IMG/VR virus record: IMGVR_UViG_3300021368_002465
Location: 1 to 53,051 of that record
From: a virus
Taxonomy: Duplodnaviria; Caudoviricetes
Reading direction: 5' to 3' (one strand)
DNA length: 53,051 nt
The translations under genes and the position numbers were made by a program. Positions 22,601 through 31,700 of the stretch are shown one piece after another. The notes below the pieces were generated by a model. The model made no database searches and was not told where the DNA came from. It worked only from the letters and a program-made list of their open reading frames with translations. Each line of letters begins with the position of its first letter. The stretch's first letter is position 1.

Positions 22601-23016
22601 TTAGTGGTACAGGTACTTCAACGTTCTCTTCTCACCTTAAATCACATTGTTTAGGTGTTGGTGTTAACCCATCGGGAACATCGGGTGAAATACATGCTGG
22701 AGCGGATATCGTAGCATATTCATCATCAGATAAAAGATTAAAAGAAAACATCAAACCAATTGAAAACCCATTAGGCAAAATTGCTCAAATAAGTGGTAAT
22801 ACTTTTGATTGGATTGAAAATTCCGAAGTACACTCTCATAAAGGTAGTGATATTGGTGTTATTGCTCAAGAAATCGAAGAAGTTTTACCAGAATTGGTAA
22901 CAACTCGTGAAAATGGATATAAAGCTGTAAAATATGATAAAGTTGTGGCTTTACTAATTGAGGCAATTAAAGACCAACAATCTCAAATTGATGAGTTAAA
23001 AGGAAAATTAAGTTAA
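19666..23016 (+). CDS. Tail fibre with C-terminal intramolecular chaperone (peptidase S74) domain
   Basis: 10-aa repeats (IADDAVDSEH/IADGAIDLAH, ~21750-22060); C-terminal YSSSDKRLKENI..GVIAQEIEEVLPELV..YKAVKYDK. Confidence 0.85.
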   Translation: MILHSPIISGSLTFADNATFDLPDNGIYSGSFSGSIQIDQVKSDLIPDTSGAYDLGSEAYPYKDLWLVGSTLNLGGIGISVSSANSGLSFKKKSDNTPADIGAKSISIGGIGITGNKKFGLDSNNKVQVLDDNDDVDTLVVKDVILKDTTGNGKNTKLKVTNGKFTTSQVNNAGTDTADDAEGSLSGSFTGSIQDAQFNGDATFNNGLSVTGTSALGVTNVSGLASLDGGIDVDGAFTVANTSGNVSTTGTLDASGLASLDGGINVNDNFTVSDVGGDVSTSGNLGVTGLSTLGAVSSSAMDVAGHILPAAHNTYDLGSTARFWRDLYLSSGSLYINGVQVLSTDGTDLTVQTDAGESFKVLETGADTITLQTANGDITLTNGSGTGNIELDAPIQVTAGNNILSSDGNAISFANDIDAGNNRVAANNIGNLDGTSTITGSFVGDGTNLSGVTSYTDSDTKTKLNADGVISGSSQVFSDVSGDVTIGSDGTAAIQANSVALGTDTTGDYVATITGGTGLTSTGATTGEGIAHSLSVDYGTTADTALEGNTTVDDVSVANLKTRLAGGFASNAVQIGDSSDTVTIAGNAIVSGNLTVSGTTTTVNSNTVNIGDNVIVLNSDETGTPSQNGGIEIERGTSTNAAILWDESNDYWVSGLAGSEERIVVGAGNTSITTLGTISTGTWQGTAIARDYIAGDAINGSKIADDAVDSEHIADGAIDLAHMAADSVDGSKIADDSIDSEHYVDGSIDTAHLATDSVDGTKIADDAIGPEHLADNSVQTAAIANDAIDGDKIANDAVSFSQVQNITTSTILGRVSANSGNIESLSKSQVLSFINVEDGATGDQTAEEIRSAVGTGNNGVIPSEGTAGHFLKHDGTFGLPSYTTNTDTNTQNTYSTSVVSSSGIKLRLTGAGHDGDTTDDIQFVGAGATSVSRTDANTITITSTDTNTTYTRSDFINQDVNTNSNVTFDDVDVDGLLTVSGTGTSTFSSHLKSHCLGVGVNPSGTSGEIHAGADIVAYSSSDKRLKENIKPIENPLGKIAQISGNTFDWIENSEVHSHKGSDIGVIAQEIEEVLPELVTTRENGYKAVKYDKVVALLIEAIKDQQSQIDELKGKLS

Positions 23017-23112
23017 AATAAAGGTAAATATCCCCCCTTATGGGGGGTAATCCTTATATAAGGATTTTTTAATTACCAACTAATTATATAATGAAAACGG
23101 TAAGTCATAAAT

Positions 23113-24414
23113 ATGGCACAGACAATCAAGTTAAAAAGAACTTCGGTACAAGGTAAGATACCTACTATATCCAACATCGAACTCGGTGAGTTGGCGATGA
23201 ACACATATGATGGTAGAATATTCTTTGAAAAGAATAATGGAACACCATCAGTACAAGAAATCATAACAACAGATTCCGAAGTAACTGGTTCACTTAATTT
23301 GAATGGTGCTATAACGGCTTCTTCATTAAACATTACTGGTAATACTACAATAGATGGTGATTTAACTTTAGGAGGTCAATTAACCATCGGAGATGCAACT
23401 ACTGATTCAGTAAATGTAATTGCAAGTTTATCTTCTTCACTAATACCTGAAAGTACATTAAGTTTTGATTTAGGTTCATCTTCTAAAAAATGGAGCACTG
23501 CTTATATTGGAACATCTAATGTTGCTATACAAAGTATAATAGATACTCGTTCAGGTCAAAACTATACATTAACAGTAGGAGCAAACTCAACTGGTGATAA
23601 ATTTTTAGTAACAACAGATAATACTGCAACAAAAGGTATAGTTTTATCTTCAAGAAATACAGGAAATACAGCAGATTCAAAATTATCATTTAGTGGTTCT
23701 GCTTTTGAGTTTGGTGGAGGAACTGTATCTGGTACATTTAGTGGTGATGGTAGTGGATTGAGTGGATTATCAGTAGACCAAGTTGCAACTGTAACTGGTT
23801 CGTTTACTAATACTAATTCAGTATCAGTAACTCATAACTTTGGTTCTAAAAATGTATTAGTATCTGTATATGATAATAGTGATAACCAATTAATACCACA
23901 AGGAGTTACCTTAACTAATAATAACTCTATATCAGTTACCTTGAGTGGAAATCATTCAGGTCATGTTGTAGTTGCAAAAGGTGGACATGTTGTAAGTGGT
24001 TCAACTGCTGCAGATAATATTACTGGATTTGATACTAAAGTAAAAACTAAACTAAATGCAGATGAAGTAGTTAGTGGTTCGGGTCATCCAGACCACTCAA
24101 CAATTACACTTGGTAGTGGAAAAGGTTTGAGTGGTGGTGGAACAATTAACGTAAGTAGAAGTATAACATTAGATACTGGTTCTAATCATTTTGTAAATGG
24201 TATTGTAGGTGCAACTTCTTATAGAGTAGATGTAAGTGGAGCCGAATACTATACGGTAACACATAATTTAGATGAAGATTATCCTTTTGTCCAAGCTTGG
24301 AACACAACAACTAATCAGATAGAAGTTCCACAATCAGTCACTAGACAATCTAGTAATGCTTTTAGAATAGATTTTTCAGCAGCATTTTCAGGAAAAATAA
24401 TCGTAAAAAAATAA
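23113..24414 (+). CDS. Fibre/adaptor protein, paralogue of 18985..19614
   Basis: MAQTIKLKR..GELAMNTYDG anchor, two VTHNx modules, shared VxAKGGHxVSGS..DNIxGFDxKVKTKLNAD segment. Confidence 0.65.
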   Translation: MAQTIKLKRTSVQGKIPTISNIELGELAMNTYDGRIFFEKNNGTPSVQEIITTDSEVTGSLNLNGAITASSLNITGNTTIDGDLTLGGQLTIGDATTDSVNVIASLSSSLIPESTLSFDLGSSSKKWSTAYIGTSNVAIQSIIDTRSGQNYTLTVGANSTGDKFLVTTDNTATKGIVLSSRNTGNTADSKLSFSGSAFEFGGGTVSGTFSGDGSGLSGLSVDQVATVTGSFTNTNSVSVTHNFGSKNVLVSVYDNSDNQLIPQGVTLTNNNSISVTLSGNHSGHVVVAKGGHVVSGSTAADNITGFDTKVKTKLNADEVVSGSGHPDHSTITLGSGKGLSGGGTINVSRSITLDTGSNHFVNGIVGATSYRVDVSGAEYYTVTHNLDEDYPFVQAWNTTTNQIEVPQSVTRQSSNAFRIDFSAAFSGKIIVKK

Positions 24415-24417
24415 AAT

Positions 24418-25419
24418 ATGTATGATGTTTATTATACAACCGGTGGAGGTCCTTGGTTAAATGCAGGAACTGATACATGGGTTAATATTTGGTTAGAAGA
24501 AATTGCACCAAAGTTGACTGTTAAACCTGTACTTCTCATACATAGAAACAAACCAAAAAACTTCAATAATCATAAATTCGACTTTCCAATAGAAACTCAT
24601 TGGCATGGCGATGATATAAGAAAGTTTGAAAAAATAGTAAAAGATTGTAGAAGGATTCATATTTTACATGGACATTATACACCACAAAGAGCCATAGAAA
24701 ATAATAAACATAAAATATACAGTAACGTACTACATAATTCAGTTGACCATATTGTAAAATCAACTATGTTTAGTGATGTTCCTGTTATATCCCATCCATT
24801 TCATTCCTCTAAGTGGGAGATGGAAGTAAATGAATGGGCAAAAAAATCAATATGGATTGGATTGTATCCATTAAAATATTCTACAATTGATATACCAAAC
24901 TTTTATGAATTCAAAGAGAATAAAGAATTAAGTAATTCAAATAATATTGGATTTGCAGCAAGATGCGAAGGAAGAAAAAATCCTCACCTATTAGATAGAA
25001 AACCAGGATATGCATTTACAGATGGTAAAGAATTAAATGATTTATGGAAAAAAGGACAAGGACTGAATTTTACTAAACTAAAAATATATCAGTATAATCC
25101 AAAATACAAAGATACGTTTTACAATATGGAATGGGGTATATCTCATTCATGTTTTACATATGAACCCTTTGGGTATTCAATATTTGAGGCGGTTGATTAT
25201 GGAAAAATACCAATTTTACACACAACTTGGTGTCCTGATTTCGAATATCCTTATAGAGCGGCATCGCAAACTGATTTTAATAATATTTATAATAGACTAA
25301 CAACAGAGTCATTTGATATAAAAAACAAGTGGTTTAGTATTCTTAAAGAGTATATGGTTAAAAACTACACTAATAAACAAAAGTGGATAAATCAATTACT
25401 TGATATTTATAACATATAG
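24418..25419 (+). CDS. Glycosyltransferase, GT-B fold (GT4-like)
   Basis: GFAARCEGRKN and EPFGYSIFEAVDYGKIPI match the GT4 R..K and ExFG...xEA..xG.P motifs. Confidence 0.8.
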   Translation: MYDVYYTTGGGPWLNAGTDTWVNIWLEEIAPKLTVKPVLLIHRNKPKNFNNHKFDFPIETHWHGDDIRKFEKIVKDCRRIHILHGHYTPQRAIENNKHKIYSNVLHNSVDHIVKSTMFSDVPVISHPFHSSKWEMEVNEWAKKSIWIGLYPLKYSTIDIPNFYEFKENKELSNSNNIGFAARCEGRKNPHLLDRKPGYAFTDGKELNDLWKKGQGLNFTKLKIYQYNPKYKDTFYNMEWGISHSCFTYEPFGYSIFEAVDYGKIPILHTTWCPDFEYPYRAASQTDFNNIYNRLTTESFDIKNKWFSILKEYMVKNYTNKQKWINQLLDIYNI

Positions 25420-25428
25420 GAGAAAAAT

Positions 25429-26700
25429 ATGGCAAGAAGTTCAGGAGACACACTCTCATTAAATGCATTAGCAGGAGCAACGGGAAATACTCAAAATTCC
25501 AATGTATCCTTAAATACAATTAACGGTTCGGCTGGAACAGAAGTATCATTTGATGATTACGGAATTGATTCAGTTGGTTCAATATCAGGATATACTTACT
25601 TAGTAGAAGATACTTCTGATACTTATACACTTGGATTTACTGGTGCTGGAGGTAAATTTTCTTCTATATCTGGTAGATATCAAAACTTTACTTGGGCAAA
25701 AGATGAAATTGAAGTTGAAAGTGATATCACAATATCTTCAAACCAAGATGCAACAGCAACTGTAACTGCTAAAACTGATATAGGTGGTGCATCTCAAACA
25801 TTAATATCAATAACATCTAATCAACAAAATACTCTTCAAGTAACATTCGCTGATGGATTTAATGACCATGCAACAAACTATAATACTGTAAGAGAAAAAA
25901 CTATATATGTAGTTGATTCATATGATGGTAACTCTGATGCTCTTTGTTTATCATTGGATACTCCTATAACAAAGGCAGATGGAACAATCATATCAGCTGG
26001 TGATGTACAAGAAGGAGATGTTCTTAAAGGATTTGAAATAGCAACTTTAGGTGAAGATTCAGATGATGATTATCTAAATTGGTCTACAAATGATTTATCA
26101 ACAACATCGGAAGATGTAACAGTAACTAATATAGTATTTTCATTTGCAGATAGAATATACGATATAAACAATGGTGAATTACAAATTACAGGTGAACACC
26201 CAATGTTAGTTAAAGTAGATAATACATTTAAGTTCAAACCTGCTTTAGATATTCAAGTAGGAGAATATTTGGTAAAAGGAGATAACTCATTAGTAGAAGT
26301 TACTTCCAAAGAATCAACAGTTGGTTCAACCGAAGTTGTTTCAATAGATGTAGAAACTGAAGATACTTATTTAGTAAATGGATATATTACTCACAACAAA
26401 GGTGGTAATACATTTAGTGACCCTCTACCATCAGCGGTAACAGGTCTTTCTTATTCAGACCCTGATTTATCATGGACTGCATATACTGGAGCTAGTGATT
26501 ATTCTGTACAAGTAGATAATAATTCTGATTTCTCATCACCTATTATTAATAAAGGTAATTGGAATGATACATCAATGCAAGTTAGATTAGGTGCATCACC
26601 ATTTAACTTAACTGATGGTACTACATACTATGCAAGAGTAGCGGCTAGAAAAGGTGGAAGAATTGGAACTTACTCAAATACATTGACATTTGAAGCATAA
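25429..26700 (+). CDS. Virion-type protein with internal Hint (intein-like) domain and C-terminal FN3-like domain
   Basis: Hint residues 173-323: CLSLDTPITKADG (block A), ITGEHP (block B), TYLVNGYITHN (block G). C-terminal LSWTAY.GA.DY.VQVD..DFSSP..L..GTTYYARVAA is FN3-like. Confidence 0.8.
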   Translation: MARSSGDTLSLNALAGATGNTQNSNVSLNTINGSAGTEVSFDDYGIDSVGSISGYTYLVEDTSDTYTLGFTGAGGKFSSISGRYQNFTWAKDEIEVESDITISSNQDATATVTAKTDIGGASQTLISITSNQQNTLQVTFADGFNDHATNYNTVREKTIYVVDSYDGNSDALCLSLDTPITKADGTIISAGDVQEGDVLKGFEIATLGEDSDDDYLNWSTNDLSTTSEDVTVTNIVFSFADRIYDINNGELQITGEHPMLVKVDNTFKFKPALDIQVGEYLVKGDNSLVEVTSKESTVGSTEVVSIDVETEDTYLVNGYITHNKGGNTFSDPLPSAVTGLSYSDPDLSWTAYTGASDYSVQVDNNSDFSSPIINKGNWNDTSMQVRLGASPFNLTDGTTYYARVAARKGGRIGTYSNTLTFEA

Positions 26701-26767
26701 TATTTTATGTTTTCTAAAAATTTATATATTTATATATATTAATGTAAAAACACAAAATTAATTAGTT

Positions 26768-27073
26768 ATGGCAAATACGCAAAAATTTACAGAACAAGAA
26801 ATTCAATCAATTAACGAATTGAAAAAATCAGTTAGTATTGTTTTCACACAATTAGGACAACTTTCTATTCAAAAGGCAAGAACAATTCAACAAATAGAAG
26901 AAAAAGAAGCTGCTTTAATACAAAAACATCAAGAGTTGGCTAATTCTGAACAAGAACTGTTCAAAGGATTGAATGAAAAGTATGGAGATGGGAATTATGA
27001 CCCTAATACTGGAGAATTTACACCAGTTGAATCAGAAGCTCCAGCTGAAGAGGAAGTAGCAGAAGAAAAATAA
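26768..27073 (+). CDS. Small coiled-coil phage protein
   Basis: Helical heptad pattern ending LNEKYGDGNYDPNTGEF; own TATTTATA motif upstream. Confidence 0.6.
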   Translation: MANTQKFTEQEIQSINELKKSVSIVFTQLGQLSIQKARTIQQIEEKEAALIQKHQELANSEQELFKGLNEKYGDGNYDPNTGEFTPVESEAPAEEEVAEEK

Positions 27074-27087
27074 GCTTCCTTATTGAT

Positions 27088-27828
27088 ATGAAACACGAAT
27101 CATTTATTTTACCATTCCCTCATGTAGAAATTGAAAATCTAATCACCAAGGAAGAGAATGAATACTTGTATTCAGCTTCACTTGATGTATTATCACCATC
27201 TGAAGAAGATTTGAAATCTTACAAATATTGGGTTTTAGATGAGGATAGATATAAAATAGATGATTTTGGAATAGAGAACTTAACAAATGAAGAAAATAAG
27301 TTCTTAGTACAGAACAACCATGGAGTATTTTTGTACACACAAGAATATCTTGATATCCAAGATAGAGTTAATACTAGGTTAAGTAAAATACAGGCAGATA
27401 ATTTAGATAATTTTCCTATTCAAATTAATCCTAGTACTGGAAAAACGATGAAATGGAGTGTAAATTTATGTATTTCTAATGATTTACATGCACTTTATCC
27501 TCATTCAGATGATATTTATATTATAGGTGGTCATATGGGTTATGATGATAGAAAAACTATTGAAAAACTTGAACTACCTAGATATAAAGGAATTTTATTC
27601 GTAGGAGATTTAGATTTGGATTATAAAGATTACGGAACTAGATTTTATACGAAAGAAGAAAAAAATGATTCATCAAATCCATATGATGGGTTTGTAGAAG
27701 AAAAAGAAGTGAAATATATTCCTAGGAATGCTCACTTTTTCAAAACACAACCGAATAGTTATCATGGTACTGATTTCAAAGAAGGGTTTCCACACAAAAG
27801 AATATTTGGAACAATTTCTTATTATTAG
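27088..27828 (+). CDS. 2OG-Fe(II) oxygenase superfamily protein
   Basis: HxD (PHSDD), GTRFY strand, distal His (SYHG) and downstream Arg. Confidence 0.6.
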   Translation: MKHESFILPFPHVEIENLITKEENEYLYSASLDVLSPSEEDLKSYKYWVLDEDRYKIDDFGIENLTNEENKFLVQNNHGVFLYTQEYLDIQDRVNTRLSKIQADNLDNFPIQINPSTGKTMKWSVNLCISNDLHALYPHSDDIYIIGGHMGYDDRKTIEKLELPRYKGILFVGDLDLDYKDYGTRFYTKEEKNDSSNPYDGFVEEKEVKYIPRNAHFFKTQPNSYHGTDFKEGFPHKRIFGTISYY

Positions 27829-27910
27829 TACAAAAAATATTTTTCGGTGAAGTTATTAATACTTATATAAGAGTATATTATACAAAAAAATTAACTAAGG
27901 AGTAAATAAA

Positions 27911-30286
27911 ATGGCAGAAAAGATTGTATCACCTGGTGTATTTACGAGAGAAAACGACCTTTCTTTCTTATCACAAGGGATTGGCGAAATCGGAGCAGCA
28001 ATAATTGGACCTTTCCATAAAGGGCCTGCTTTCGTACCAACCGTTGTTAATACACAATCAGAATTCGAAGAAATATTCGGTACACCGAATGGAGACTACT
28101 ATTCAGGATATACCGTACAAAATTACCTAAGAGAAGCTGGTGTGGCTACTATTGTTCGTGTAGGACATATTGGTGGTTATACACAAAGTAAACCTCTAGG
28201 TATTAAATTAAGTGGAGTTGGAACTAAAGATGACCAAATAATTGGTATTCTTCATGCAACTGATAACTTAGCATTAGATGTTGAGTTAAACGATACCACA
28301 GTAATAAATTCATCACCCTCAGCATCAGCATTTGAGATTTCAGGTTCTTTATTAGGAACTGCAATTTCAGCATCTGTACTTCCATCAGCTGGAAATGATA
28401 TATCAGATGTATTTGGTGAAGATGCTTTCGGTAGTAAAAACGTATATTCATACAAATATTTTGAAAATGCAGCAACAAACTTTGCTGACCACTTAACTAA
28501 TAGTGGTTCACAAGTTTCACTTGTTGAATTAGCAGACCAAGATTTTTCACATGATGTTCAACACGCTTCCACTCCTTGGATACAATCACAGTTGATTTCT
28601 GGTGAAAGACATAACTTATTTAAGTTACATACCCTTGGTGATGGTAATTATGCAAATACAGAATATAAAGTATCTATCTTTAATGTAAAAGCAGCTGGTA
28701 CTTCAAATGCAACTGATTATGGAACTTTCTCAATTGCTATTCGTTCATTTGGTGATACTGATAAAAGAAAAGTAGTACTAGAAACATTTAACAATGTAAC
28801 ACTAGACCCTGCATCACCTAACTATATTAAGAAAGCAATAGGTGACCAAAACATCACTATTGATGCAGTTGGAAAAATGACAATGAATGGTGATTATGCA
28901 AATCGTTCTAAGTTTGTTAGAGTTGAATGTATCGCTGAAGGTGCATCACCTGTAACTGCAGTACCATTTGGACATGGTGCTTATACTAATCCAATTTTAG
29001 TAGGTGGTTCAGAATCAGATATTCCTGCAGTAATTTTCTCTACTGGTTCAGCTGATAACAACTCATCAAAATCAGTAGTTTACTCTGGTATTGACTTAGA
29101 AAGTAACCTTATTAAGATTGATAACAAAGGATATTTAGCACCACTACCTGCTTCGGCAACTATTGGTGGAAATACTGCTTTCTCATTCGATGCAAATATC
29201 AATGTTTCAGGTGGTACTAAGAATCATCAAGATGATGGATATGGAACATTTAACTTCGGTTATACTATATCTACATCAGATGATGCTTCAACAATTAACA
29301 AAAGACAATTTACAGTAGGATTCCAAGGTGGATTCGATGGTAAGGCTCCAACAATAAAATCGGCTAAAGCTGATGATTCAGAATGGGGAGCAGGAAATAC
29401 ACAAGGATTTAACTTATCAACTTCAACGGCTAGTGGTTCAGTTGCTTATGTAAAGGCAATTAACTCAGTATCTAATCCAGATGATTTCGATATCAACTTG
29501 GTATCTGCACCTGGTGTTGTAAGAAGATTACACTCTTATGTATTTGATAAAGTAACTGATATGGTAGAGGCTAGAGAAGATGCATTCTTCATCGGTGATA
29601 CAACTGATAAGAATGATACAATTGCTCAGGCAATCTTACAAGGAGAATCAGTTGATTCTAACTATGTAGGTACTTACTACCCATGGGTTAAAACAATCGA
29701 TTCAAGAACTAATAAGTTAACTTCAGTTCCACCATCAGTATTGATGCCAGGAATATACGCTGAAAATGATGCAGTTGCTGCTGAATGGTTTGCACCAGCT
29801 GGATTGAATAGAGGTGGTATCACAGGAGCTGTTTCTGTACTAAACAGATTAACACATGCTGAAAGAGATACACTATATGAAGGAAAGATTAATCCAATCG
29901 CTTCGTTCCCTGGTGAAGGTATCGTTGCATTTGGACAGAAAACTCTACAAGATAGAGCATCTGCACTTGATAGAATCAACGTAAGAAGATTATTAATCAA
30001 AGTTAAGAAATACATTGCTTCTACTTCAAGATACTTAGTATTTGAACAGAATACATCTCAAACTAGAGGAAAATTCTTAAATACTGTGAATCCTTATTTA
30101 GAAGGAATACAACAAAGACAAGGACTTTACGCTTTTAGAGTAGTAATGGACGAATCAAATAACACACCAGACGTTATCGATAGAAATATCTTGGCAGGGG
30201 CTATTTATTTACAACCTACAAAAACGGCTGAATTCATTGTAATTGATTTCAACATTTTACCAACAGGAGCATCGTTCTCGGCATAA
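27911..30286 (+). CDS. Contractile tail sheath protein
   Basis: SPGVFTREND N-terminus, WFAPAGLNRG, INPI..F..EGI..FGQKTL, DRINVRRL, P.K.AEFI. Confidence 0.97.
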   Translation: MAEKIVSPGVFTRENDLSFLSQGIGEIGAAIIGPFHKGPAFVPTVVNTQSEFEEIFGTPNGDYYSGYTVQNYLREAGVATIVRVGHIGGYTQSKPLGIKLSGVGTKDDQIIGILHATDNLALDVELNDTTVINSSPSASAFEISGSLLGTAISASVLPSAGNDISDVFGEDAFGSKNVYSYKYFENAATNFADHLTNSGSQVSLVELADQDFSHDVQHASTPWIQSQLISGERHNLFKLHTLGDGNYANTEYKVSIFNVKAAGTSNATDYGTFSIAIRSFGDTDKRKVVLETFNNVTLDPASPNYIKKAIGDQNITIDAVGKMTMNGDYANRSKFVRVECIAEGASPVTAVPFGHGAYTNPILVGGSESDIPAVIFSTGSADNNSSKSVVYSGIDLESNLIKIDNKGYLAPLPASATIGGNTAFSFDANINVSGGTKNHQDDGYGTFNFGYTISTSDDASTINKRQFTVGFQGGFDGKAPTIKSAKADDSEWGAGNTQGFNLSTSTASGSVAYVKAINSVSNPDDFDINLVSAPGVVRRLHSYVFDKVTDMVEAREDAFFIGDTTDKNDTIAQAILQGESVDSNYVGTYYPWVKTIDSRTNKLTSVPPSVLMPGIYAENDAVAAEWFAPAGLNRGGITGAVSVLNRLTHAERDTLYEGKINPIASFPGEGIVAFGQKTLQDRASALDRINVRRLLIKVKKYIASTSRYLVFEQNTSQTRGKFLNTVNPYLEGIQQRQGLYAFRVVMDESNNTPDVIDRNILAGAIYLQPTKTAEFIVIDFNILPTGASFSA

Positions 30287-30340
30287 TTAATTAAAAATAA
30301 AAAAGAACTATATTTATAGTAGTTAATAGGAGATAAAAAA

Positions 30341-30829
30341 ATGGCAGAAGTATTAGAATTTAACGATATGTTCTACACGAACTTCGAACCGAAGATGAAG
30401 AACAGATACATCATGGAAATTGATGGTATCGCTTCTTATCTTATCAAAGCGGCTAACAGACCTTCAATTACATTTGAACCTGTTGTTCTAGACCATATCA
30501 ACGTAAAGAGAAAATTAAAAGGAAAAGGTGAGTGGCAAGATGTAGAGGTTACTCTATATGACCCAATCGTACCAAGTGGTGCACAACAAGTAATGGAGTG
30601 GGTAAGAACATCTCACGAATCTATTACAGGTAGAGATGGATATGCTGATTTCTATAAAAAAGATATCGATATCTATATGTTAGGACCAGTTGGAGATAAA
30701 ATCGAAAATTGGAAACTAAAAGGTGCATTCATTAACAGTGCAGTATTTAATGATTTAGACTGGGCTTCTAATGACCCATCAGAAATCACTTTAACACTTT
30801 CTTACGATTACGCTATATTAGAATACTAA
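30341..30829 (+). CDS. Tail tube protein (T4 gp19-like)
   Basis: Follows sheath; EPK..NRY, W..V.VTLYD, YKKDI, W.L.GAF, LTLSYDYA. Confidence 0.9.
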   Translation: MAEVLEFNDMFYTNFEPKMKNRYIMEIDGIASYLIKAANRPSITFEPVVLDHINVKRKLKGKGEWQDVEVTLYDPIVPSGAQQVMEWVRTSHESITGRDGYADFYKKDIDIYMLGPVGDKIENWKLKGAFINSAVFNDLDWASNDPSEITLTLSYDYAILEY

Positions 30830-30858
30830 TACAAACAATACTTTTGATACTTCCATAT

Positions 30859-30890
30859 AAAAGGTTCTCTTAGTGAGAACCTTTTTTTTT
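30859..30890 (+). terminator. Intrinsic terminator after tail tube
   Basis: AAAAGGTTCTC-TTAGT-GAGAACCTTTTTTTTT. Confidence 0.9.
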
Positions 30891-30941
30891 ACAACTTTTT
30901 CAAAATTATATATTTATATACAAACAATAAAAATTAAGTTT

Positions 30942-31700
30942 ATGGCAAATTATGATTTTCCAACAGAAATAATCTCATTACCATCACAAGGTAAAGGTTA
31001 TCCTGAGAGTAATCCTCTCTCGAAGGGAACCGTTGAGATAAAATATATGACTGCAAGAGAAGAAGAAATTCTCGCATCGCAGAATCTAGTGAGAAAGGGG
31101 GTGGTGATAGATAAGTTATTCGAATCAATTATAGTTGAAAAAGAAATTAACGTAGATGATATCTTATTAGGGGATAAAAATGCAATACTACTTGCAACTC
31201 GTGTACTAGGTTATGGTCCAGAGTATAAGATACAACTCACTAACTCAATAGGAGAACAACAAGAGGAAATAGTTGATTTAGGTAAAGTACAAACAAAAGA
31301 AATTGATTTTGATAAACTTTCACCAGACAACAAATACGAATTCACCACACCACATGGAGGAAATAAGTTAGAATATAAAATTTTAACTCATGGTGATGAG
31401 AAAAAAATTGATGCTGATATCAAAGCACTACAAAGATTAAATAAAGGTAGTGTTGCAGCTGAATTAACAACAAGATATAGATATATGATTCTATCAGTAG
31501 ATGGGGAATCAGATACTAAAACAATAACAAATTTCATTAACAATAAGTTTATAACTCGTGATACCAAAGCGTTTAGAGAACACATACAAACGATAACACC
31601 CGATATCGTTATGGAGTTCGAGTTTGTAGATGATGAGACGGGAGAAGGAGAGGTTAGGTCCATTCCCATGGGCGTTGGGTTTTTTTGGCCTACCGAGTAA
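30942..31700 (+). CDS. Baseplate hub assembly / tail assembly chaperone (T4 gp26-like)
   Basis: LPSxG..Y, MTAREEEIL, GDKNAILLATR..YG; sits between tube and tape measure. True start is the ATG at 30942 (the track's GTG at 30873 lies in the terminator). Confidence 0.75.
   Translation: MANYDFPTEIISLPSQGKGYPESNPLSKGTVEIKYMTAREEEILASQNLVRKGVVIDKLFESIIVEKEINVDDILLGDKNAILLATRVLGYGPEYKIQLTNSIGEQQEEIVDLGKVQTKEIDFDKLSPDNKYEFTTPHGGNKLEYKILTHGDEKKIDADIKALQRLNKGSVAAELTTRYRYMILSVDGESDTKTITNFINNKFITRDTKAFREHIQTITPDIVMEFEFVDDETGEGEVRSIPMGVGFFWPTE

Noticed and set aside
23032-23047. CCCCCC-TTAT-GGGGGG hairpin as a terminator
   Set aside because: Strong stem but no adjacent U-tract; could be a stabilising or processing hairpin, so not called as a terminator.
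25945-26397. Canonical mobile intein / homing element
   Set aside because: No endonuclease insert, +1 residue is Lys, and the host protein is not a conserved enzyme; treated as an intein-like auto-processing domain. The same applies to the Hint domains at 48496-49530.
30873-30941. N-terminal extension of the gp26-like ORF from GTG
   Set aside because: The start lies within the terminator hairpin and upstream of the TATTTATA motif; ATG 30942 is more plausible.
31630-31683. Independent ATG start for the second chaperone ORF
   Set aside because: Lies well inside the upstream gene with no RBS, and the encoded N-terminus looks like off-frame sequence; a frameshift explains it better, though an internal ATG is not excluded.
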